Shown one piece after another: positions 32,801 through 45,567 of a DNA stretch of 64,000 nt (its first letter is position 1; each line of letters begins with the position of its first letter). Below the pieces are notes generated by a model. It worked only from the letters and a program-made list of their open reading frames with translations. It was not told the DNA's origin and did no database searches. The DNA is from Adineta vaga (lineage: Eukaryota > Animalia > Rotifera). The stretch is from positions 8,432,001 through 8,496,000 of the forward strand of contig CP075494.1 of the NCBI GenBank assembly GCA_021613535.1. Direction: 5' to 3'. Position numbers and translations under genes: made by a program.

Positions 32801-35800
32801 TAAACATATGCATAGTTTCCTGTATTAACTTCATAATGAATATTTCCATTTTCAAATAAATAATTCGTAACGATCTGTACATCATCCGATGGAGACATAT
32901 ATTCATATGGGATACGAAGAATTTGTGTATCTTGTCCATCAAATAATTCAATTTCAGTTTCTTGTATATTGTCAAGTAATCGAATTGAACGTATAATTGA
33001 TTGTAACCAAGTTAATTCACTTGTATCTAAGGTTATCTGTTGTTCAGGAAAGATCAATTGTCCAGATGAATATTGAACAAAATTATAAAGAAATAAAATA
33101 CGTGCAATATCATTCATAGTAATTGCTATCGCGTGACTTTTTCTTTCCATATATTCTTCAACATATTCATGTTTGATAAAGATTTGTTGATTAGGATGAT
33201 TTGAATAGATGTGAATATCATTGTCATCATTGATATGAATATGTTGTTGATCATTTAATTGTTGAAGCCATTGAGATAAGATTTGAATATGATTATCATT
33301 GGAAATTTTTAAATGTAAAATTTGATTTTTAAATGTTAAAATGAATGAATGATCATTTTCATCTTCTTCAATTTGACAAATTTCCAATAAAAGTTCAGCT
33401 AATTCATGAGCATTTAAAGTTTCTCCTTGTTGAGATTTAATGCGAAGTGCTGAAAGATATTCATTCGGTATAATAAAATCATCTGTTATGACCAATGAAC
33501 CATTTTCATTATCAAAATGAATATGATTTAATGAACGAAGAATATTTGTTAATCGTTCAATAAGTCCTGATGATGATGATGATGATGATGTAAATAGACG
33601 TTGCGCGTCCAATTCACTATTAGCGATATGAATCAACTTACGGTTATCATCGTATGAAATATAACCAGTCCGCATTAAATATAAGAATATTTCGTTCGAA
33701 GAATTGGTTTGAAATTGTCGAATTTGTTGTGAATCTAATCGACCAAGAAATGGAATAGTTAAACCATCGATATGAAATTCATGAGTATCTAATGATAATA
33801 TAGCATGATCAGTAAGCCATTGTTGAATAAATGGAATTAATTGTTGTGGAATCTTTCGATTGACACGTTTCAATTGTTGAATCCATTGAGCTTGAAGATA
33901 TTTATTACGATAGATTAACCATCGATCAGCTGGTAAAATAATAATTGCTCCATAGATAAATATGACTAATTCATTTGTTTCAGTTTCAAATGGTGAAAGA
34001 TTGTTTTCAATTGCATCCGAATGAATTAAATTAGTATTCGATGATGACGTTCGAATTTGTTGTCCATGAATAGAAAGAATTAATGTTCCATCAGTCGAAC
34101 GTGTTGATCTTGCATTAGTAGAAAAATAATCATTAATAAATTGTTCGTAACTTAATGGATCTAGTTTTGGTTGTTTTTTCGAAGAATCTATTCGATTAGT
34201 TGTCGTACCAGGAGGATGAATAGGTGATTCTTCGATAATTGTGTTTGAATTTGGTCGGAAACGTTGTTGATCATCAGCAGAACCATAACCAGATTCAATA
34301 ATTGTAATTTGACTATCAGTTCGTTTATTTGTTGTTAGTGTCTGTTGTTGTTGATTGAGTGAAGATGCAATTGATTCTTGTGAACCAATTTTTGATGAGG
34401 CAGAATTCGGTGCTGAACCAAATACGCTTACAGATGGTTGATTTTCATGTATAGTATTTACTTCTGTATATTTTGTTATACCGGATGGCACTGTTGATGA
34501 TTTTTGTAGTTGCCATGAGCCAGCTGCAGTCATACTAATGGTTGATTTAAAGCGTTTGGTTTCATATGATGATGCTGATGATGAGAGTTCGGAATCATTT
34601 TGAATTAATGAATGATCAAGATTATTTCGAGTAGAAGTTAATTGTCGCTCAAATTCTTTCAATTGATCACGTTGAGATGTTGTTAAACTTAACCAAAAGA
34701 TTTCATTCCATTGCCAAGTATGACCATCCTATGATGCGTATAAAATATGTTAGATATAAGAACAAGAAAGTGAACTGCTCAATAGGAGATGCCAGATGGT
34801 GCATTGTATATGAAAAGAAATATCTGAATAGCTTCTCAGTGGTTGATTTTTTCATTTGAAAGTAATTATTTAGAAATCTTATTAGATTGTCAATCGACAT
34901 GTTACAATTTCATTTTCAAGTCAATATTTCAAAAATGACTCAAGGCATAAAATAAGATCGTATGAATTCGTGATATTTACCGGCAAATAATGTCCAACAT
35001 CATCAAGATTTTTCAATTGTTTGCCAGTAATCTGTCGTATTTGATCAAGTTGAGTTGGAACAGTTATTTGTTTTGTAGAAGCTGTGGGATTTATTTTATC
35101 TTGAATAACTTTTGCTGGTTCAGCATGATGAATACCTGACGAATTCGTGTCTTTAATACGAAATCGAATTTCATCGCCATAACGTGTTGGTTTTTCTTCA
35201 GGTTCCTTTCGTCGATCTTGACTAATTGGACTACTTATCGTTGATGAGTCAGATGAACGAGAAATTTCTTGTTCAAACTTTGAGCGTAATGTATCGACTC
35301 GATTTGTTGTGGTATTTCCTTGAATTTCGGATTGATTCAATTGTGTTTTAATCCATTTCGATTGATTAATCGGTCGATAATCAAATCGTTGTAATTGTTC
35401 GCGAACAATTTGAGGATCAACATTTGTTGATTTTGTTTGTTCTTTGATCTGTGTTCGAGGAATAATGGCAGGTGGAGTTGTTGATTCATCACTTAAACTA
35501 TTTGTTGTTGAAGGTGGTATAACATGCACTAATTGTTCAGAAAATTGTACACGTGATGCACGTTTTTCTTCGTCATTTTCATATTGAACATCTAATATTA
35601 TAACGTCATCTGGTACAGGTGGCCAACTAGATACTCGTTGGTTTTCTTGTTTAATTGGTGTACTCGTTAATAATGATTGATTATTTCGTACATCAAAACT
35701 TAAATTTGATGTACGATCCGAATCTATTTCTCCATCTTGAGCGATTACAGTAGTTACTGATGATGATGAAGATGAAGATGTTCGATTATGTTCTTTGTCC

Positions 35801-38800
35801 ACTTGTACTACATATTCTTCATAGGAATATTTGGATTCTTCGAGTAATTCATTTGGTAATGCATGTTGATCACCGATTGTATTCGATAGATTTTGACTAC
35901 CGGAATGAATTTTTACATGTTGATCATATTTCACATTGGCATTTTGATTTCTATCGATAATTAATGTTGAACCATAAGTTGATAAAGATGGTGATGTCTG
36001 AGTAGACCTTGATGACAATAATGGATCATATGCACCACGATAACGTACCGGTTGTCGATCTTGTTGTTCAACAAATATGCATTTATCATTTGTTGAAGGA
36101 TTTTTTGGATCTAAACTTGGATAATAAACGGATAATAATTGAGTTTCCGCAAAAGATGGAACAGGTTTTGTCGGTTGACTTTCTTGATTTGTTTGTGTTT
36201 GAGAGGTACGTCGAATGGTAGTGGATAGTAATGGTGATGAGGGTGTAATACTTAGAGGTAAAGTATGTTCACTCGTTTGTTCTGAACTACGAATTAAAAC
36301 TCGTGATAATGATTCATCCGATGAGGATGTGCGAAAAGTTTGTTGTTGTTGTTGTTGCATTGAAAACTATAAAACAAAATATTGATTGAATATATTTCAA
36401 TGCTTTTTTCTTTTTATAGCATATAGACATATTTAAATCATCCCTACCACCTTTTATTCTCTTGCTTCTTCTTTTTTTTCTTTAAGAACTTGTCGTGTTC
36501 TTTTCCTTTCCTCATTTTACTAAGCTAACACTACTTCAACGAATAGTCAGGATTAGTTCTTCTCTCGCAACGATGTTAAAGTAAAAGAAGAAGAAGAAGG
36601 AAGAGGAAAAAAATTTGCAGTGTCATGTCAAAATTAGAACTGAAAGAATACAATTGTTAGAACCATTTTTTCTTCTTTTTTTCTCTTTCTTATGAAATCA
36701 TAGAAATATTTGGATTATTTTCCCGATCGATGAAACCTTCAAAAAACAGATCGAACTACTCGTACTCACCACATTCAGGTTAAATATTTATATATCTGAA
36801 TAAAATAATAATAAAAAGTGAAAGCTCGATGGTACTTGACACTTTATCTGACCGTCAATAGTCTAGAAGAAGTATTCACTATTATCTTTTTTTTTGTTCT
36901 CTCTTTCTACTTTAAAATAAGTCTTCACTTTTTTTTTGATCAAAAGAAACTTTCTTACCTTTATTTGATATTGGATACTTGTTAACTTGTTCTTGCCATA
37001 TTTATTCGATTCCAATATGAATATATATTTTCAATGATGAATCATAAAAAATGATGCATAGCGAGTATATGCCGGTAACATAAATGACATTTTTTTTTTG
37101 TTGAGTAAAGACAAGAGGAAGAAGAAGAAGAAGCGAAAGAACAAAAAAAACGAGAAAAAAAAACGTGAAGAACAAGAGACATTAAACTCGTGTTGATCTT
37201 GGAAGAAGTGGGGGCACGAGAGAATGAATCACGTTCTGTATACTACCTAAGATTCTTTTTTTGTGCCAAAATGTTTGATTCATAATTACAATGAATCATC
37301 ATCAGATGAGGAGGAGAGAGAGAGAGAGAGCGAAGTACATTTGACCGCGTTATACTTACCTCGACTATCATTGTGATCATCATATTGAGAATCACCACCT
37401 ACAAAACAAATAATCTCAATTAGTTGATTGTGTTCGTTAACAATAGAATAGAAATGGAGAATTCATGCTTTTGAAAGAGTAAATAGGGGATTGAAGATAT
37501 GATCAAATTTCTTTAGAAAATCGTTGCAATAGATAAAAGATAAATAGATTTCAAGGTGGCTGAGAATAGGTCATTATTAGGAAGTTTCATAAGGAAAATA
37601 AAAGCAAGAGATTCGTGCAGAATGTTGTTAAATGAAATGAAAAGAATCGAATAAAACAAGTCAAACAGAAGTGTTCTAAGTTTGGATATCTGTTTAATTC
37701 ATTGTATTTAATTTTGAATAGAAAAAGAAGAAGGCAGATATTATTCTTAATTTAAATGTAGGAAATCTTTGTAATAAATCTCCATGGCGTGTGTTGTTTT
37801 CTAATTAACATTCAACACTTTTAAAAACACCCCTCAAGTGAAACCAATTATTAATTCAACGTACATACACGGACAAGGTTTTCATTTGCCTGAATACCTT
37901 TACTTTCTCTTTCTAATCAATACTTGTTATTGATCGTTATGTTGTACGGAAAGTATATGTTAGAAAGTCTCTTCCGTTCTTATTCATACAGGCAGGTAAA
38001 GAAAATTTAAGCATGCTTATTAACTCCAAGCAAGAAAAAATAAGTCTGCTGCACACCGGTGCGAGTTATGTTAGAAGATTTTGTCTGTAAATTTTTGCTC
38101 CCTAATGAAAATAAGGAAAAAACAATCACAGAAGTGAATCCCTGTATTGTGGTGAATAGTTTTAAGCGATAAATATATACCCTTTCGAATTTCATCCAAA
38201 AGTGCATTTTTCTTAAATGCTGAATGAAGAAAATATGTATGAGAAGAATACAAACTAATAATCGATGATTTTCAACAGACCTTGTTCTCGCATTTGATTT
38301 TGTTCCACTTCTCGTTTATATTTTTCGATTTCTTGATTATCCATATGAGCAAATGGATTTTGAGCGTAATAGGTTTTATAAACAATAGCATTGTTTTGTT
38401 GATCACGTTTAATAATACCTTTTGATGCTGCACCAACAACAACGACAGCTTCTGTTGTAGGTTGATGAGGATCCTAAGAAAATTTAAAAAAAAATTCATT
38501 TCAACATTTTTTATTCTAATTCAATCAATACGAAATCCTCTTTCTTACTTTCATTTGTGTAGCATCATCCCACGAAGCATTATCAAGAAGTTTAGATTGA
38601 TAACCAGCAGATACTTTTTCATTAAAACGATCTTCTTTCATTTGTTTTTGGTGAGTTTTTAATAGTTTAGGATCAACATTACTCGGAGCAAATTGATGTT
38701 TTGTATCGATTTTTATTGGAGTCGAATGTTTTAATCCAGTATCTGGTACCCACTAAAAAAAATTTATTATACAATTGTATCGATCTAGTGTCCAATGTAA

Positions 38801-40899
38801 GAGCACAAGATGTTCCGCTCTGTCTTTTGCATATCATTCAATTCACAGATTGATAGTTAGAGCTGTTTTCAAGTGTTACGAAATAAAAAAAGCAAACAAT
38901 AGCAACACATTCTTTCTTTGCTAATCATTGTTATAACACCTAAACTGATATTATCATGTAGACTTTTATGATTTTGAAATAGCCTTGCAAAACGAGATTA
39001 GTCATTATTAAAATATTTGAAGCTATTTAGATAGCGTATCTCGATCATTATAGGACTAGCATGTTAAGTTATCTGTATCTGAATTCAAAACTCACTTTTT
39101 TATCAAAAAGAACTCAATCATTGAACAAAGCACAAACTATGATATAGAAATCTTTTCATGTTTTTCTCATTGAGAAGATCGAATGACATGTATTGAAACG
39201 ATGAATTTACCTTAGTAACTTTTTTTGGATTTGGTGTTCCTGTTTCTTCTACTTCTTGTCGTAAATAAGCATTTGGTGAATTACGCCATTCAGTTACACG
39301 TTGACCTTGACGTGTTGGTGAACTAAATGAAATCAGTGAATTCAAATCCAATCTTCTTTTTTTTTCGTTTTTCTATGCACTTACTAAGCTTCGGGATGTA
39401 ATTGTTCGACAAATGATGTAGCTGATGAAGCAGCTGGTGGAACTTCTACATCTTTAAATGTTGTTGTTTTATCAATTGTACGAATTAATGGTTGACGATA
39501 AACATAACCCGTACGAAAACCAGCATTATCCAAAATGCGCATTAGACTTTCAAATTCTAATTCACCTATTTTCCATTTTTTATCTCCAGTTGCTTCATTT
39601 ACATTTCCTTGAAGTACATCAGATATCTAGAGAAACAAAAATCAAAATATCATTTCTTTTTCTTTCGATTCATAAAGGAAAATATTTTACTCGTTTCTGT
39701 TGTTCACTCGATGGTAAATACAATTGATCAATACCAAGTGGTGCAGCACGTACTTGAACTTCACAAGCATTAATAACATTGTAAGCATATTTCCATGCTT
39801 CTTCAATCGTTTCACCACATGCAACAAATCCATGATTACGTAATATCATCACTTTATTAATTGGACCTAAATCTTCGACAAGAAGTTTCTTAACATCATC
39901 TTCAATTAATATGCCACGATAATCATGATAAGATATTTTACCACAAAATAGAGCATCTTGTGATAATGGTAATAAACCACATTTCATTGCTGATACAGCA
40001 GCAACAGCCGGCGTATGTAAATGAATAATACATTTTAAATCCGGTCGTGCTTTATGAATAGCTGAATGAAGTGTATAACCAGCACGATTGATTCCATAAG
40101 TTGTACTGCCAGAATCGATAATATTACCTATAAAAGATGAGATCAATAAAAAAACATTCTAGAAGTTATTAGTTGGTTTCGACCATACCAGCAATATCAA
40201 CTTTAACTAAACTTGAACCTGTTACTTCATGATACATTAAACCAAATGGATTAATTAAGAAATGTTCTTGTTCTTGATTGACACGAGCCTGAAAAGAAAC
40301 CAAAAGTTAGATCGTTACTACTTCGAATGTTTCTAAGAGATGATTGTATAAGAATCTTATCGTAGAATTTACTGACTCTCTCGTTACTGTAATATTATTT
40401 ATATAGAAATTTTAAAAAAACGAACCGTAATATGATTATAAATGCCTTGTGACCATCCGAATAAATCGACAAGCCGATAAAGCGATGCTAATTTACATCG
40501 AAGTAAACGTTCACTTTTTGAATAACCTTGTGAATCGACACCTCGTATATCATTAATTGGTACAATAACAGATCCACCTGCACGTGATAATGAAGAAACA
40601 GTTGTCCAACGTGATGTATGTGGTAATAATAATTCAGAAATTTGTTGTAAAGCAATCAATGATGCTGGATGAGGTCCATGTTTTAATGCATCCGTAATAA
40701 TTTCCTCGAGTTCATCACGAAATTCTTTTGAATTTAAGATTGTTTTTACACGCTGTCTTTGTCCCATTTGTCGCATATCTTCGACAACATCAGCTGGTCG
40801 ATCCAGTTCTCGACGATCATCATCGTCATTGACATCTTGATGATAAGATTGATTTTTGACAGGTGATCCAATATGTGCACCGTTTGTTGCTATTGGCAT
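29856..40899 (-). CDS. hts: Adducin (hts/ADD): class II aldolase-like head, neck, tail and C-terminal MARCKS-like domain
   Basis: [71 protein letters not shown]; terminal exon [18 protein letters not shown]. Exon 37398-37360 splices in phase 1 to exon 30582. Confidence 0.93.
30811..36360 (-). CDS. Two giant same-strand exons (36360-34981 and 34728-30811; ~1765 aa) inside the adducin intron: giant adducin isoform or nested gene
   Basis: Stop-free ORFs of 479 and more than 1283 aa in AT-rich DNA; donor CCG|GTAAAT and acceptor CATAG|GAT join HYLP-DGHTWQW in phase 0; acceptor TTTTATAG lies 6 nt upstream of ATG 36360. Confidence 0.8.
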
Positions 40900-41160
40900 T
40901 TTTTTTGTATAGATTGGATTTGTTAAAAGAAAACAAAGAGAATTATCTAGAAAATATTCATTATTTTTTGTTCATCAAACAGGTTATGTGAAAAAGGTGT
41001 GGCGTATAAATATAAAGTCGAAAGACTTTGTGCATTGCACGACAAAAACCAATTATTAATTTGAGAGATTAATATAACAGAAAGAAAGCAAAACAAGGAA
41101 GGGTAAGACACACATACACACGCACACACATATATATATATAAGGTTGTTTCATATTTCA

Positions 41161-43462
41161 TTAATTTTTGTCAATAAAACGAATTAACGGTTCACGATAA
41201 ATATAACCAGTATGATAACCCTGAAATAAACAAACAAAGACGAATTGTAATTTTAATCCAAACGATGCAATTTAAGTCTTCTCCTCAACTATCAACATAA
41301 TGTTTTCTCAAGATAGAAATACAAATAAATAAATTCTGCAACGAAATATCATTAAGTCATTTATAGTCTGATTTGCGAATCTTTAATATCAATCAAAATA
41401 CTTCTTTCTCTCTAAGTTATCTCACAATTAATTCAAAAGATAAACATACTGCTCTATCTAAAACGATCATTAATGTTGACCATTCAAGTTCACCAACTGC
41501 CCATTTAACATCTGTTGTGTTAACTCCACCACCACCTGCGCCAACAGTATTTGTTACCTAAAAATCAATGGAATAGAAAATCGATTTTATTCTTTCAAAT
41601 ACTATTGATATTTACTTGTTTTGCTGATTGATCTGATGAGATAATTAAATTATCAATACCCATTGAAACTGCTCTTAGTTGTGATTCGCATGCTAAGATC
41701 AAATGAAATATTACATGCCATGCTTCTTCAACACTTGTACCACAAGCCAATATTCCATGATTTGGAAGAATCAAAACTTTAGCTGTTGATTGTTGAATAT
41801 TCTCATCAAGAGATAATCGATTTGTAACTAAATCTATCTGTATTTCATGCGTAGTTGCTTGTCCACATATAAGTGCTTCTTGACTAAGTCCTAAAAGACC
41901 ACATTTCATGGCGGATACAGCTGTGACAGCTGGGGTCTGAACATGAATGATACAATTTATATCTGGACGGTGTTTATAAACAGATGAATATAACGAAAAA
42001 CTAAGTGCATTAACACCAAATGTTGTACTACCGGGATCAATTCTTGAGCCTGTGGAGAGAGAGAAAAAAAAGTAACGATCTGTTATAAATTGTTAATTTT
42101 AATAAATTTTACCATTCGCATCAATTTTTACTAACGATGAACCAGTGACTTCATGAAAACCTAATCCAATAGGTTTCATAAGAAATTGATCTGTACTATT
42201 ATTCACACGGACCTGAAAGAAAATTTCTTGAAAAGTTTATATTCGGATAGAATCTTACAGAAACATGGTTATAACATGTACTATAATTCCAACCATAAAG
42301 ATCAATAACACGATAAAGTGAAGCTAATTTACATCGTAAATAACGTTCATTTTTAACATATGACCGACTATCGATACCGCGTATATCATTAACGGGTAGG
42401 ACAGGACCTAAAATCGAAAGTTTTAATTGTATTTTTTCAATACAATATTCAATTTTACCTTTACAAACAGTTGCATCAAGTTTAGTTATTGGTAAGAGTA
42501 AATTCGAAAGTGTTTCAACGGATTCTTTATTTCCGTCACTGATCAATAAATTGGTTAATTCAGTATGAAATTCAGGTGAATTCAATAATGTTGTTGCTGA
42601 AGGACGATCTATATAATGAATGAATACTAGAGAATGATATCCTATTACAACGTTAACTATTAGAGAGGATTCTAGCTATTTAACCTTCGATATTAATGAT
42701 ACTATGGAAATTGATACAATAAACACGAAATACAATTTCATCGTCTAAACTCGTTCATCTCAATACCTCTAAAAAAAATAATTGATCACTTCTGAGCGAA
42801 GACTATACTCGTTATTTAACCCTATTGAGATTAGAGAGAGCATAAAATTGTATACATGTCTTATTCAAAAGTATTGGAGGCCAAATGCAAAGAACATACT
42901 TGAACCTGATTTTATATATAGATATATATAAAGATATAGCAATATATAAGGATAAAAGAAAATACCTCAATAGTTTTATCGAAAACTCATTATTACAACT
43001 AACTATAGATTCGATATATAAGATCATCGATTCAATAGGGACAGACTTAATGAGTCATCAAGAATTTGATGTATGAAGACGTGAGCTATTTCACAGATAT
43101 TCATATAACAAGAAACTATTCTGTCGTCTTTTTGACATGAAATAACAACAATTGAGAAGGCCATGTGTTCATCGCGTAATATACACTCGATATAAAGACG
43201 GTTATTTATTGGATTACGACCTTTTATATCCATTCCGTTTCGATGGTAAGAAAATTGTTTCAATATGTAATATTCTCATAGCTATATAAGAAGCGTATCT
43301 AACAGATATTCTGTCAATCTTCTATGATTCATTGAAGTTCAATGTTTAATTACAATATCGATATACAACCTCCCTTTTTCCTTCTTTCTTCAAATAAATA
43401 AATCTAGACAAATATTTTTATTTACCATTCAACGTTGTTTGATTCTCACCTTCACCCGGCAT
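41161..43462 (-). CDS. Short head-only adducin paralog (class II aldolase-like domain, no tail or MARCKS domain)
   Basis: Spliced MPGE|DRPSATTLLNSPEF...PVNDIRGIDS...[17 protein letters not shown]...[10 protein letters not shown]...LPNHGILACG...WAVGELEW...|GYHTGYIYREPLIRFIDKN*. Confidence 0.82.
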
Positions 43463-45206
43463 ATTATCTGGAAAGAAAAAAGAAAAACATTCAGTTTCTT
43501 CAACAACAAATTTGATGTTCGATCTATTGAGAGAAAATAAAACTGTCCTAAATGTTTCATCTGCATCTAGATTGCCTGAAATAGTCATCAAATGTATATT
43601 TGGTGTTCAGTTACATTATAGAACAGAAAGAAGAGAAGAAGAAAAAATACAAATCACTATTACGATTTGTGCCAGATGGTTTCGTACTATCTCAACACAT
43701 CACTCGCAGGGGAAATCGATATTTTGTATAGACATAATAGTATATTTTCTAGACTATATACTCATTTTTTTAGTAAGATAAAAGGATCATATAGAACATA
43801 CAATGACGAAGACGAAGACGACGACGCCGTTCACAACAAGAATATGCAAAGCATTACTATATGTACTACTATTTTTACACATATCCAGTATCAGTCAAGG
43901 CGAGGTCATCAGCGGCAGCGATGTGAACAAATAGAAGAAGAAAAGAAAAGAACGAATGTGCAAGTATGCATTCGCCTATACAATAAACGGAACATAAAGA
44001 AGCGATTATCTTTTGACGATGATGGTGATGGTGGTGGTTAGAAAAAGAACAGACGAAAAAAAAGATGCTCTGGTTAGTCTGCGAGACTGAATAGAAGAGA
44101 GAGAGAGAAGGAAACTAAAAATAATATATATTCATTAATGACGACGATTGCTCTTCTTTCTCTCTCTCCTTCTCCTTCTTCTTCCCAATTTATCAAACAA
44201 TCAATCAATAGAAGACTAAGTAGACATGAAGGTGTCGATATTTGCAAAAGAAACATGTCTAGAAAAGATAGTCTAATCTTGGCGAAAGAAGATGTTACCA
44301 ATAAAAATATCTACTTTCTTTCAAAGATATCAAATCATAAGAAGACTTACAGTTGAATAAAAACGAGAAAAAAATGAATTATTTAAAAATAGTATTCGAT
44401 GCCACATCTGTGCAATAATGATTGACTGAAATTCAGAGTCATTCAATAGATTTAAATGATAATCAAGTTTATGAAAACATATAAATAAAAGGTTAATCTA
44501 TTTGGAAACGAAAAATAATGCAGAGAGAAAGAACAAGAGAATTCAATAACAAGTGGTTGAAAGCCGCAAAATTTGGGTCAATAACGGCCATTATTATTTT
44601 CTAGATGTCATTGTCGAACCAATAAAAAATTGATGACCATCCCTAAACTTTAATCATTGTTTTAAATAATTTTTATTTATTTACATAATTTCTTTTAATT
44701 AATCTTTCATATTTTTTCAATATCTTACGAAGATTTTGTTACCTATAGATGTCACTAGTTAACATCTTACTCGCATTGACATATATGCCCATGTCTTTTA
44801 ATGACTTGGCTATAGTATTGATTTTCTTCAAATTGATGAAAGTAATGATTCTACAGTAACTTTTAACAGTAAATCCAGAATTATTTTTTTCTATCAAAAA
44901 AATTGATTTAAATGATATATTTCTATTCCATTAATAGCTTGTTATCCGCTTGAAGTCTCATGTCCTTGAATAAATAAACATTTTCGATAAATATAAGATA
45001 ATTTAAAACTTAGATTGAATCTTTGTCTCTTTGAATCGGATAGAAAAATTTTCCATTTTTATTCAACAATTTATGCATCAGTTCATTTCCTTCTATGGAA
45101 ATTCAATCACCTTATAAATGATTTTGCTTCATGATGCATACATAGACATAAAAAGACGGTGAGATACAATAGAAGCTTTTTTTCTTAGCTATTCGTTCTC
45201 TTGAAT

Positions 45207-45371
45207 ATGAATAATACAACAATGACAAATATTGATGAATCAACAATACTTATCTTTGACAATCCATCAAAATTTATGTTCTTCTTGTTTGTTTTATCTT
45301 TGTCAATTCCAACTATTGGTTGTATTATATTCTTAATTTTTCATATGGGTCGAATTTATGTACGTCCTTAA
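45207..45371 (+). pseudogene. Truncated GPCR N-terminus/TM1 fragment (54 aa)
   Basis: MNNTTMTNIDESTILIFDNPSKFMFFLFVLSLSIPTIGCIIFLIFHMGRIYVRP*; N-glycan sequon plus an IPxxxC TM1 like that of the 60769 GPCR. Confidence 0.5.
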
Positions 45372-45567
45372 ACAATTGTCACATATATAAACTGAGAACA
45401 ATGAATGTATTAATTTAGTTTATAGAAAAACAAGAAATCAAATTTTATTTTACTGTTTATTTGCGATATCACTTTGTACTTTTTATCACAGTTTATACAT
45501 ATATATTTATACTTTCAAGAAGTCAAGAAAGTACATACACAAGTATTAAGAACAGAAAATAACTTAT

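Noticed and set aside
30811-36360. Giant ORFs as a transposon or horizontally acquired gene
   Set aside because: No RT, integrase or transposase motifs and no terminal repeats seen; composition and splice sites look host-like.
36770-36795. 26-nt mini-exon as a phase bridge from adducin into the giant exon
   Set aside because: The phase would fit (1 to 0) but it carries an in-frame TAA, so it can only be a UTR or truncating exon.
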